From assembly GCA_047967505.1 (NCBI GenBank), contig CM106538.1: DNA of 64,000 nucleotides. One strand, written 5' to 3'. Below are positions 48,345-60,592 of this stretch, in pieces (positions within the stretch are counted from its first letter, which is position 1; every line of letters begins with the position of its first letter). The notes under the pieces are model-generated. The model had not been told where the DNA came from. It searched no databases and worked only from the letters and a program-made list of their open reading frames with translations. This DNA is from Dipteris shenzhenensis. Taxonomy: Eukaryota. The position numbers and the translations under genes are program-made.

Positions 48345-49692
48345 GGATTGGAGGGCGTAAGATTGGTCTTCTCAATCTCTACGCTCCCAACAACAGAGGG
48401 GAGCGGATCTCCTTTTGGAAGGAGTTACTCTCTTGGGCCCCCATTGCAAATTCTTGGATCATTGGTGGCGATTTCAACATGGTTGAGTTGCCATTAGACA
48501 AAAAGGGAGGCAGACAGGGTGGAATTCATTCTTTGGAAAGGGTAGCATGGGATGCCTTTCTCTTTTAGTACAGTGGCAGGGACACTTGGTTAGATGATGC
48601 CTTTCATGTTGTGCCACAATCACTCCTGTACTCTTGGTCGAACAGGAGAATACACATGCCCATCCATGCACCTATTGACAGATTTTATGTAGATGATTGG
48701 GCACTTGACAGAGGAGGATCTGTATGCATTTCTACTGGGGTTTCCACCTCAGATAATTTTCCAGTGGGGGTGTTGCAGATTCTGGAGCCTCATTGGAGAG
48801 GACGCTCCGCTAGTGTTAGGATTCCGGATGCTTTTTATGCGGAGGAGAGCCTCACGGATGATATTTTACAAATTTGGGTTTCTCACATACAGGGTGGAGC
48901 TGTCCGCCCATCGCAGGTAGCTGCAGCCTTATCTGGAATTAGTGACTATTATCATACAGTCGCTAATGAGATCCAAGTTCGGAGCTGACCCGTCTTGCCG
49001 TCGTTTCCTTTTTGCTTTGGAGACAATACAGCATTGCCTTTGGGATTGCAGATAGGCAAGAATCATATGGAAAGGGATTGCAAGACTTTTCAGCACTTTT
49101 GTTCGCCTACCTTTCTATATGACCTGGGGATCAGTGGCTTGGATCACTCTTTCAGGGCCCCAGGTCTTCTTTGAGAGACTTGACTCCTCTTGGGCTCTTC
49201 ACATCCGATGACACCTTGTGGAGTCGTGCTCTCTAGAGGATGTTCCGGCCTCTATCTTCAGGGCTGCTCATTCATCGGTTGACTCTCCATGGGAGGTCTT
49301 AGCTAGCATTGCAGCATGGCACATTTGGAGAGCCAGGTGCACTGAGGCTTTGGAGGGTTCTCAGGTTCACCCTTCTCAAATCTTGGCCAGTACTTGGACA
49401 AATACGGTACACACTTTGATGGCCGTTTGGGCGACCATGCAGGGTACATCTCGAGCAGCCTCCTCTAGGAGCGTTACTTTTCTCAGAGATTGGAGAGACT
49501 CTCCCTTCTTTGCTGAGATTTCTACAGGGTTGAGTTGGCATTTTCAGCCTCAGCCTTGGTTGCTTTCTACCTCATTCCTCTGAGGTGTTTTTATTACATG
49601 CCTAGCATGTTGTATCATCGCACAGAGCTTGCTCTTGCGAGTTTCTTTCTTACTTAATAGAAGTCTCTTTTTTGCGAAAAAAAAAATAAAAA
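48345..49692 (+). mobile_element. LINE copy: EN segment fused (at ~48965) to zf-RVT/3' end, with poly(A)
   Basis: NLYAP..GGDFN..IDRFY jumps to RSKFGADPSCRR; about 3 kb including RT is absent. Confidence 0.85.
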
Positions 49693-49808
49693 ATTAAGTG
49701 TTCCAATTCTAGAATTTGTTTGGTTCTCAGCCAATGCTTTGAACTCCTTAAACCAATTGAACACTTCATATTTGCTTTTCCTGAGAAAGACCCAAGTGAA
49801 TCTAGAAT
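49693..49808 (-). pseudogene. Copia integrase fragment
   Basis: Minus strand translates SRFTWVFLRKSKYEVFNWFKEFKALAENQTNSRIGTL. Confidence 0.85.
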
Positions 49809-50448
49809 TATTTTATTTTTTTCCCAAAAAGATTACTTCACTAAGTATGAATGAAAACTGCAAGAGCAAGTTCTAATGCGGGAGTACATCATGCAATGCA
49901 TGAGAAAAAAAAACCAGCTCAAAAAGAGCTAACAAAAAACCAAGGTGGAGGCTGAAAATGCCACCTCAACCGTGAAGGAGACTCCGAGAAGAAAGGAGAT
50001 CCTCTCCAAACTCTGAAAAAGGTATCTCTCCTGGCTGTAGCATCTCTAGAGGATCCTTGCATGCTCTCCCAAATGGCCATCAATGTGTGTATAGTAGCAG
50101 TCCATATATTGGCCATAGATTGGGAAGGGTGGACCTGGGAACCCTCCATCGCCTCCGTACATCTAGCTCTCCATATATGCCAAGCTCCAATGCTAGCCAG
50201 AATCTCCCAAGATGTTCCTATTGAGGCATAAGCAGCTCTGAAAGGAGTGAAGAGAACATCCTGGAGAGAACATGACTCCACAAAGTGTCATCATATAATG
50301 AAGGCTGAGTATGAGTCATGTCCCTCGAAAAACACCTGAGGGCTAGTAAGAGATAACCATGCCACTAATCCCCAAGTCATGAAGAAGGGTGCTCTATGAA
50401 ATATGCTAAAAATCCTAGCAACACCCTTCAAGATCGTCCTCGCCTATC
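49809..50448 (-). mobile_element. 5'-truncated LINE
   Basis: T tail, family 3' UTR, ORF 49919-50281. Confidence 0.88.
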
Positions 50449-50964
50449 TGGAGGATTACCAAAAGACAAGTGACAAAAACCGAGCGAGCCAAAAAAAGCG
50501 AGTAATAAAAAACAACAAAAGATTTATAAATCCCCCATTTCAGTAGCAAAAAATAATAACTTATTCAAAAGTCCATATGTTTCCTCAATGCCAGAAGGTT
50601 AAATAAAATATGCATATAACTTTCTGAGCCACTAACACTAATTTCACATCATCCATGAGATAGTTTGTATGTTCAATTTCCAATTCATTGTTTGTATTAA
50701 AGCCAAACCCTACAGTAACTGCAATCAAGTTCTCTCTTTCCACTAGAGTAATTGAGATCATCAATGCAACCTTCCACACAGGTGGGGTGTTTCCAAGGAC
50801 TCCTTGCATGGATTAGTCTAGATTCCATGCATATGTAAATGCTTAGCTTTTTTAACTCTGTTCACTCTTGGAATGAAACCCATGTTTCTTTGTTACCGGA
50901 AAAATATTCTTCCCTAATGATTTATTCTTACCTCCCACTAATCTAACCAATGCAACAAATTAAC

Positions 50965-51384
50965 CACAAATTCATATTTTGGTGCATTAAATTTTACTAG
51001 ATGGTGCACAAAGACATGATAATCATCTAAAGTATGCCTTGCCATTTGATTTGATATGTAACACGACCCTATTTGGACTTGTAAATCAAAAGATATAAGG
51101 ATGTGAAAATGTCATCTTTTGGGCCAAAACAAGGAGCGCGTTAATGCACTCCCTATTTTGGCCCAAAAGAGGACATTTTCACATCCTTGTATTTTTACAA
51201 GATGTCAACATATGATTTTTTTGGCCCAAAATATGAGTTTTTAACATCCTTACATCTTTTTATTATCAAATATAAATGGCATAATGTTACATATCAAATC
51301 AAATGACAAGGCATGATTTAGATCAATATCATGCCTTTTTGCACCATCTAAAAAAATTGTGTGCATCAGAATATGAATTTTGTG
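50965..51384. repeat. AT-rich foldback/MITE-like inverted repeat with nested palindrome
   Basis: 50965-51129 is reverse-complementary to ~51216-51384; inner palindrome ~51094-51191 centred on TTAA 51141-51144. Confidence 0.85.
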
Positions 51385-51739
51385 AAATTCTGTCCAATTT
51401 TTTGCACCAAGTTTAAAGCAAGGTTTCCCATAATGGGGAGCGAGAAGACACTGTCTATTTTGGCCAAAAAAAACCAAAATTTAAAATCCTCTACCTTTCA
51501 ATTGCACTCTGGGGATCACTCTTCATAAACCCATAAAGCATGTGCAAGCAAGCATATATTAAAAAATACCCCTATTCTTGCAATTTACATTTTGTCATGT
51601 GAATGCTTGAACCCATGTATGTGTTTACATTTTTTTTTTTTTTCCATGAAAAAGACTTCTATTAAGTAAGAACAAAAACCCGCGAGAGCAAGCTCAAAGC
51701 GGAATACATCATGAAATCATGAGGATAATAAAAAACCCC

Positions 51740-54700
51740 TCAGAGTGAGGTGGAAAGAAACCAAGGCTGAGGCTGAAAGTGCCATCTCAACCCTGTAGTA
51801 GATTCAGAGAAGAAAGGAGAATCCTTCCATTCCCTGAAGAAAGAAGCCCTCCTAGCTGAGGCTGCACGGGAGTCCCCCTGCATACCCGTCCATACGGCCA
51901 TCAGAGTGTGTACGATGTCTGTCCAGATACTAGCCAATGTGTGCGAGGGATGAATCTGAGTACCCTCCATAGCCTCTGTGCATCTGGCTCTCCAGATATG
52001 CCAGGCTGCTATGCTCGCTATAATCTCCCAAGAAGTATCCACAGAGGCATGTACAGCTGTAAAAGGACGGTGTGGAACCACATCCAACAAGCAGAACTCA
52101 ACCCGATGACGTCGAACCGAAATGGCCCGAGAGGAGTCAAGTCCCTCATAGAAAACCTGAGGTCCTGTAAGAGAAAGCCAAGCCACCGAGCCCCAAGTCA
52201 TAAAAAGTGGGGAATGGGCAAAGTGACTGAAGATCCTGGCTATCCCCATCCAAATCAATCTCGCCTATCTGCAATCCCATAAGCAATGCTGAATAGACTC
52301 CGAAGCAAAAAGGCAACGAGGGCAAGTAGGGTCGGCTCCGAATCTGGACCTCCAAAGGTTCACTGCAATCCCTCCATGAATAGAAAGCCAAAAGAAGATA
52401 GTGATCTTTCTATTCCTGTGGGATTTCCAGAGCCTCCTCCAGAAGTACCTCTGCTGATCCGCAGTAATACCAAAAGTCTCCCAATGAGGAACTCTAGAGG
52501 GTCTCCAGCCTCTACTACTGAGCTGAAATCTCTTGGCATTACTGACCGTGTAACGAAAGAAGGGGATGGTCTTCTCTCGATGCCCCGCATCAATCCACTC
52601 CCACTCTCCGGGGTCCCACTGTAAATACCTGATGGGAACTCCTCCATAGAGCCAGAGTCTCCAAGACCCGATGGAGAGTAACTGGGGGTCAGGGTCTAAG
52701 AACCACTCTGAATCTGATCCCTGCATCAAAAGGCCTACGACCCTGATAGGCTGAAAAGCAGACTCAAGCAAGATATCATCTGTAGATCTGAGCAATCTAC
52801 CACCATCCTGGACACTAAAAACCAAAGCATCCTCCTGTGCATCTCGGAAGGCTAAGACCTGAAGTGGAACCCCGCCTCTCGAGAAAGTACCTGCCCAAGT
52901 GGAGGAAGTGAGAGGCATATCATCTGTGTCTATCCAAGTCTCTGGAAGGGCTGTCTCAATCTGCAAGATCCTCCCTGCACTCCCTCTGAGATGTCCTGTC
53001 AACCTTGACTTGGTTTCCTCTGGAAGCCTACGGAAAGCTTTCCAAGATCCCAAAGAAGAAGCAGGTCCCCTCTCCCACCTGGCCCACTGCATGTAGAGTG
53101 AGGCACCCAGTGGTCTGCCACGATCATCTAAAATACTATCGTTCCACATGATGGGCTGCCTATCAATCTCTTCCCGGGAGGAAGGAGGAATCCTCCGAAG
53201 AGAGCTTCTGAAACTAGCCCAAGCTTTCAGAATGGCAACCATGAGAGGGGATGAAGGTGATCTGAGGTGTGCTGTGGTGAAGATCCATCTAACACTGCTC
53301 ATCCAGTCTCCTCCTGAGGAAGGTGTGCACCTCTGTATGCTGCTGATAAGAAAGTCCTTCCACGGTTCCTATCCTCGCATAAGTCCTCGCACCACTATCT
53401 TGCAAAGTAAAGCTCTGCACTGTAAATCTGGATCAATAATATTGAGACCCCCATCCTGTGTAGGGAGAATGAGGGTCTCCCAAGCCACTCTGGCTAAGGC
53501 ATCTGCTGTGCCATCAAGCCCACTCCAGAGAAAGTTCCTGATCGGTCTTCTAAGCTGAATGATGCAGTCCCTAGAACGGCACCAACATGAACAAATAAAC
53601 CAGGCAGTGGCGAGGAGGACCTGGTTGACCACCACAACTCTAGAGGCAAGATCCAGCTTGGCTGAGCTCCAAAAGAGAAGCTTCCTTCTGATGCTCTCCA
53701 ACACGGGAGCAAACTGCTGCATGGTAGAAATACCCAAGCCGACTTGGCAGCCCAAATACCTGATAGGCACACCCCTCTGAACCCAAGTGAACCCTATGTC
53801 AAGCCCCCAAACTGGAGTGTCCTCATCATTGATCCAAAAGCCATTGGATTTATGCCAATTTATCTGCGCCCCTGCCACCAAGCAAAATAAATCGAATGCT
53901 GTCCTGAAAGAAGTCAGTGTCTGTGGAGAGGCATCCAAATAAATCGCTGTGTCATCAGCCAACTCACTGTCAAGCAGCTCCTCCTCTCTTCTGATGGGAA
54001 GTCTCAGCCCAAAGATGTCAGCTTGAGATCTAACATAGATGCTCATAGCTTCGGCCACGAATAAAAAAAGGAAAGGAGCAAGGGGGCATCCCTGACGGAC
54101 TGATCTCAAAATCTGAAATCTCTCACCCCTTACCCCACCAATAAGTACCTGGCTATGGGCTGATCTGTACAAAGAGGAAACACCTCTGATCCAAACATCA
54201 GTGAATCCAAAGCGTAGAAGGGTGCCCTCCAAAAAACTCCAATCTACTCTGTCATAAGCTTTTTCAAAATCCAACAGTAGAATGGCAAGATTCTGGCCAC
54301 TCTGCATGGCCCACTCTGAAGCTTCCCAGAAAGAAAAAATGTTATCAAAAATACTTCTGCCATGCACAAATCCCGTCTGAGTGTCATGAATAAGATCAGG
54401 GAGAAGTGGCTGCAATCGGAGGCTGATACCCTTGGCGAGAATCTTGTAACAAGTCCCCAGAAGTGTGATAGGCCTCCACTGGGACAATAAATTTCTGCTA
54501 CCTCCTTTTGGGATAAGGTGGATGAGGCCCTCTGTAAGCGACTCAGGCATCTCGCCAGAGTCCCAAATGGCCTGCATGGCTGAAGTAATATAGTCTCCAA
54601 TCATATCCCAAAATGCAATGAAAAAATACGGGGTGAGGCCATCTAAACCTGGGCACTTGCCCTTGTGAAGGGCTGAAAGTGCAGTCCTAAACTCTGTGTT

Positions 54701-56085
54701 GGTGAAAGGTGCGTCAAGTAGAACATGCATATACGGATTCACCAACACTGGGATACTCTGCCAAATAGCCTGTCTAGCATCCTCTATATCGTGTGTCTCA
54801 GGATCAGCAGTAAGGAGGGTGGCATAGAAATCTGAAGCTATGCGTAAGACGTCATCTGGCTCTGTCTGTAGAACCCCATGTGAGTCAATAAGCTGAGATA
54901 CACTCTCTCTACTATGTCTAGGGCCAAGAGTGGAGAAAAAGTATTTATTCACTCTACCACCCATCTGAATCCAGAAGGACTCCCGTGCATGAAAGGCATA
55001 CTCTGCTCTCTGATCAAGCAATAACTGCAGATGAGCCCTCGCTGCAGCAAGGCGCTCCTGAATCCAAGCATCTGAAGGCCGTTTCTTCTCTTCCCTCTGC
55101 AAAGCTGCTAACTGCTGGCGAACACCAATCTCACGTCTGAGAATATCTCGTCTCGTGGTAGAAGCAACTGAGCAGTAAAAGTCGCTAATACCAGAGAGGG
55201 CAGCGGCTAAATGTGATGGATGTGGCTGCCCACCCTGGACATGAGCAAACCATATCCGTAGGGCTGCCTCCGTAAGGTCCTCCTCTGTGTAAAAGGCATC
55301 TGGAATCCTGATGCTGGCAGATCGGCCTCTCAAGTGAGGCTCTGAGATAGCCAGAACAACAGGGAAGTGGTCTGAAGTGGAAACCCCCGCAACAATGCAT
55401 ACCGATCCACCTCTGTCTAGTGCCCAGTCATCTACATAAAATCTGTCAATGCGTGCATGAATAGGCATCTGTTGCCTCCTGTTCGACCAAGAGAACAGGA
55501 GGGTTTGTGGCTGAATAAGAAAGGCATCATCACACCAAGTATCTCTGCCACAGAAATGGAAAAGGAAGGCATCCCAAGCTGCTCTCTCCAAAGAGTGAAG
55601 CCGCCTTCTCTACCCCCTTTTTTGTCTGAAGGTAACTCGACCATGTTAAAGTCACCTCCAATCACCCAAGAATCCACAATGGGGGCCCAGGAGAGCAAAG
55701 TCTTCCACATAAGGACACGTTCCCCTCTAATGTTGGAGGCATATAGGTTGAGGAAGCCAACCTTACGCCCTCCAATCAAAAGAATAATCCACTGAGTTCT
55801 AGAGGGGATAATGACTCCGTGCCCAACAACTAAGGGGAGAACCGACTGCGAAACTGAAATAGAAGTGCCTCCCCTAGTGCCCAATGCAGGCGACCAAAAA
55901 GTATGGCCTGAAAGCAACTTGCCTGACTTGGCACAATCTCTATAATCCAGCTTGTGCTCTTGAATAAATAATATATCAATGGGACCCCCAGTAACACCTG
56001 GATGAAGCTGATCCCGGATCAGCTGTCTACGGCGGCGATGTGGGACGCCACCTAGGCCCTGTATGTTCCAACTGATGATCCTCAT
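51740..56085 (-). pseudogene. LINE ORF2 (~1450 codons): one frameshift (~55600) and two in-frame TAG stops (~53369, ~52265)
   Basis: ORFs 55432-56088, 53369-55591, 52265-53302 and 51740-52258 together give EN-RT-W-rich region-zf-RVT. Confidence 0.93.
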
Positions 56086-56095
56086 CAACAGGGAG

Positions 56096-56646
56096 TGACA
56101 GAAAAAGTGGTGGTGGAGGGGGGGTTGACAGAAAAAGTGGTGGTGGTGGTGGAAATGGTGGACGGAGTTTGGAGGACGGAAAATAGAGATAGACGGAAAA
56201 TATGGAGGCTTAACGGACTTTGGAGAAGGGAGTGGCTAGCAAAAGTGTGGGGAAAGAAATGAGGGGTGTTGGTGTTGCTTTTATAGGATGTGGGGGGATT
56301 AAGGGTTAATTTTGGGTGTTTAGTGTATTAATGTGATTTTGTAAGTCAACATTATCCTTTTGCATTATTTGGAAGCATTTTTCCACTCCTTTGCCTTGAG
56401 GGATGTATCTTGAATGGTTTTTCGAAGGGGGTTCTTTTTCACACATCCAAGCACATGCTCCACTTTTGCTTCAGGCGCTAACCTCCTCGGCAATGGCACC
56501 AAATGTTGTCTCTGTTTTACCCAAGTACAGGTTCCGAGGGTGTTGGTCACCTACAGTCGTGCCATTGCTTGTTGTAGCATAGGTGTTCAGAAGTGTAGCA
56601 TAGGTCCTCAGGTCGTGTTCCGGTGTGAGAGCTGTAGGCTAAAGCA
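56096..56646 (-). other. Foreign insert, possibly LTR-derived, with a TATA-like CCTATAAAA (56287-56279, minus)
   Basis: Absent at the same position in other copies (compare 12197-12226); TG..CA ends possible; no TSD. Confidence 0.7.
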
Positions 56647-57921
56647 TGTAAAGTGGAACACCTTACCCGACCTAGTGGCGGAAACAAACCCCTCAACAGG
56701 GGAAGACCTCCTGCTCGAGGAGGGAGGGAAGGAACCCAGTGGTGGAAAGTCAATAGGGGAAAGAATCCTGGCACCTGAAGAAGAAGCCCTGTCAATAGGA
56801 AACCCAACCACTGGCTCCCCAAAAGTAGCGGGCACAAACTCCTCCTCTGGGAAATCTGAACTCTCTGCCAAGGCTGAAAACGAGTTCCTGTGGAGCAATC
56901 CAGACACCGGAGTACGAAGGATCCCTTGTGAGGGAAGAGGATCAACAGTGTAAGCTATCCCCTTCCCCCTATCCAAGGGAGGGAGTGAGGAATGCTCTCT
57001 ACCCTGTGTCTGCCCAGCCGCGGAGATCTCTCCGTCCTCAAGAGGAACATCTGGCACTGCTGGATCTAAGGAAGAAGCTGCAACTAGGGAGGAGGTCGAA
57101 GCTTCAGCGTCTCGGACTGTGCAAGGTGAGACAGGAAGGACAGCTCGAGGTGAAGCAGAGTCTACTAAGGTACCCTCGTGAACTGAAGGAGGGACCTGCA
57201 CATGTACTGGAACCCACTGTAAAGCGTCGCGTGTGCCTGAGGGAGGTGGGGGTCGAGGAGCAGGTGAAGGACCTGTACCACCCCCCTGTCGAGGCCGAGG
57301 AATAAGTACTGGACTTGTACCACCACCTGACTGAGCACACCTGACTGAGCAGGACCGCCACGTGAAGAACGAGGAGCAGGAGCTGGACTTGTACCACCCC
57401 TCTGTCGAGGTCGAGGGGCAAGTGCTGGGTCTAATCCCCCCCTGGTCCCCCCTGTCGATGCCCTGAGGCGGTAGCTGTACCAGAGGGCTTCTTAAGGCAA
57501 TCCCTGGCAAAGTGTCCCGAGGTCCTGCAAATCCTGCACTGGTCCTGCCTGCCTGAAATCTCCACTCTTTGGCGAAAAAAGGAACCATCCGGGCGCTGGA
57601 TCATGACGTGGTCCATCTTGAGGGGTTAGGATCCTTGCAAAGGACCCTAACTCTAGGAACCCCATCAGCCTTGGTTGCCTCTGTTGCAGTCAATGGCAAC
57701 CCAGGGAGGGGTCGGATCTCAGCAACTGCGCCAAAATGCTCCCCAATAACAGAAAGAAGTCGATGGTAAACCTGGGGAAGCCCGGGGAACCTGATGAAGA
57801 GCGAGAAGATTTTCTTATCTACCTCTACTGGGTCGAAACCAAGGTGAAAGGCTTCAAACAAGATCTTCTTGTGTCCCAGGTGTAAAAACTCGGCCTTGAG
57901 CACAGTGCTCGCAGCCTCTGG

Positions 57922-59690
57922 ATAGGTGTGATGGGAAGTGGACAAGAGGGCGGAACTGCATTGTGAACCTCAATTTGGGAAACGTGCTACCCATGTGGGC
58001 CACCGGCGTTACAAGATCTATCGCAAAGGCGTGGCCTCCCTCGGTGAGCCAAGCCACCATCTCCCACATGAAATCCCTTCTCATCCTACGCATGCTGGCA
58101 ACAATCCTGAAGGACGCTAGCCATATCTGTTGTGCGACAGGGCAGCCCCAAAGACAGTGTAGGATCGTCTTTAGAGCTCCATCATCCATACAACCAGCGC
58201 ATCTGCCTATCCTCATCTACTCCAGCTATGGGCCAATGGGCAGGCCTCCATGCGCCAATAGACAAAAGAAATAGGAAATCTACTGCGAGCGCAGACGGTG
58301 CCAAAAGCAGCCTATGACCTCACGCGGGACATCCTACTCTAGCCAGTGACATTCCCTCATGGGGGGCCATGCTACTGCCTCAAGCTGCAAACGGTGCCCA
58401 ATACGAGTAGTGTATGAGAAGGAGACCTCTTCCACTTGGTCTGAGTGCCAGATGTGAGCTGGCCAAACCAATCCCCTAGGTCCCACTGAAGGTCGCATAA
58501 AGGTCTGCCCTCCCAAATCCATAAGCGCCATACTTCCCTCAGGAGTCGATAAGACTATGGAGTGGTCGATGTACCATGCCCTGCCTAAGCGGCCCACTAT
58601 CCTGACCCTCTACTACTCTAAGCCCCCTATGTCCACCTCTGCCTCCTCATCCAACTCCGACTCAACTTGTAGAGATCCTCCCGGTCCCACTTGGTAAAAG
58701 CAAGACTGAGGGAGGCCAAGAGTCTCCCGAAAGAAGCATATCCGGAGCGATAATCTTGTCTACGAGAACTGACCTGACCACCAGTGGGGGTTCTAGTAAT
58801 CCCTCCCACCAAGAGTCCGAGATTGCCTCCTCAATCTCTTGTATCCTTGTGCCTGCTCCTAGGAGATGAGAGAGAGTCTCCGAGCCTCTTTCTCTCTTGG
58901 AAATCGTTGCCAAGTCCCAAAGGATCTAGCCGGTTTGTTGTCCCACTGTGCCCATCCAATATGAGTCCGTTGCCCAAGCATGTGCCCCTCTGAGTCTCTG
59001 ACCTCCGGGTGCCAAATGAGCGGCTGCCTCTCAAACTCCTCTCTACAAGACAGCCCAGTCTGGGTAAGTCCTGCCAATCTCTGGCACACTCTGTAGAGAC
59101 TCCGCATTAGCGGAGAACCCTTCCCTGTCAGCGACACCTCAAAGAATATCCACGTGTAGGACTGCTGCCAGTGGCTCCCAATGCGAGGCGTGTTCCCAAG
59201 GAGCGCCCATTGTAGTAGGAGCTTCCACGGTTCCGAGGCCTCACACTACCAGTTTGCCCAAGAGGGCTCTACTTTGCATCTTACGATCAATAATGTCAAG
59301 TCCACCCTATGCTTGGGAAAAAGTCATTGTTTGCCAGGGCACCCTAGCTCTAGTTTTGCGGGTGCCATATGATCTCGGCCAGAGGAACTTATAAACCAAT
59401 CGACGTAGCTGTCCCATGAAACCTTTGTGAAAACACCAACAAGAAGCGATGTACCAGGATGTAGCTAGGAGTACCTGGCTCACCACTAGAGCTCGACCTG
59501 CAAGAGAGAGTTTCGCGGAGCTCCAATACAAGAGCTTCCGCCGAACACTCTCCAGAACCGGGCTGAACTACTGCTTTGCCAAAATGTCGATACCCACTTG
59601 GCAGCCCAGGTATCTAGCCGTCTGTCCTTTCGAATCCACCGAAAGCCAAAATCTGTGCCCCAGCCTCGAAATTCCTGGCTCTCCTCAGTG
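57922..59690 (-). mobile_element. Fragment of a second, related L1/Tx1 family (RT C-terminus to zf-RVT)
   Basis: RYLGCQVG..WSSAKLSLAGRALVVSQVLLATSWYIASCW; CAGCMDDGALKTILHCLWGCP; diverged at DNA level. Confidence 0.85.
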
Positions 59691-60590
59691 TGTTAGGAAA
59701 TGGAGTCAAGATGAGTTGGTTTGGTGTGTTCTAGTGTGAGTTCTAGTCTAGTGTGTCCTATGGATGCCACGTGTCACATTGGGAGTTATCCCATATGCAT
59801 TGGTGTTCATATGTGTGTGTGCTCTATATAAGAGTTGTACTTGTCTAGTGTCAAATCAATCAAGTATCAAGCCTACAAGCTCTTTGGTCTATATGTGAGT
59901 ACTTTCGTTTTGTTCATTGCTCTTGCTATTTCATTTCCATTTCACTATGTCTCTCTTTGAGTATTATTATCTCTCTCCCTAGCCTACCCTCTCTCTCTCC
60001 CTCTGTATCTAGGATTTTGTAGCCATTTTTGGCATCTTAGCTGTATTACGATGAGGCCACCTAGTTGGCGCATCGTTGATGATGTATTTTCCTTTCGGAT
60101 GATTTTGTGTCCCATAGGCCATGTATGGCCTTCCGTGGACCTTTAATAAAATTTCTTTCTTTCTTTCTTTCTTTCTGCACCATGCACCTTCATGTGGTAT
60201 TAGAGCCTCCTTTCCCACCTTTCCCTTTTCCATGCTTAATCTAGAGGATGAGGGAAGTCCGCAAATGGAAGCCATCCTCTCCTCCTTGATTGAGCTCCTT
60301 ATCACTCCTTTCTCCCCAACTAGTTCTCCTCTCCTACCTTAGCCTCACCTTCGGAAGCTATGGAGCTTGGTTTGTTGCCCACGTGAAAAGGAGCAACTCG
60401 GTCACCATTCTTTTGGGAATTTGTGGGCGTCTTTGTAGATGAAAAAGACAGCCTGTTTTTTGCTCAAAACAGCCCGTTTTTTGCTAAAAAACAACTTGTT
60501 CTTGCCGTTTTGGGAGCATTTTTGTGAAGGAAATAGTTGCTTACATTGTCAGCCCGGGAGATGTTTCTACAAAAAATGCCAATGTTAGTT
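59691..60590 (+). mobile_element. 5' end of a Copia-type LTR element: LTR 59691-60192, PBS 60195-60206, leader
   Basis: TGTTAG..CCTTCA, then TG, then TGGTATTAGAGC (one mismatch to the tRNA-iMet PBS); LTR homologous to the two solo LTRs. Confidence 0.78.
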
Positions 60591-60592
60591 TT

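Larger units (their letters stand above)
51630..57921 (-). mobile_element. Best-preserved LINE copy (ORF2 almost intact, ORF1 5'-truncated), carrying a 550-bp insert at the ORF1/ORF2 junction
   Basis: Poly(T) 51630-51643; same subfamily as 10048-16666; no TSD found. Confidence 0.95.

Noticed and set aside
50585-50809. Candidate additional GEX2 exon
   Set aside because: No filamin motifs and no convincing phase-compatible splice sites.
53369-55591. 740-aa ORF as a functional domesticated RT gene
   Set aside because: Part of a LINE ORF2 bounded by a frameshift and a nonsense codon, starting at TTG and lacking the EN N-terminus.
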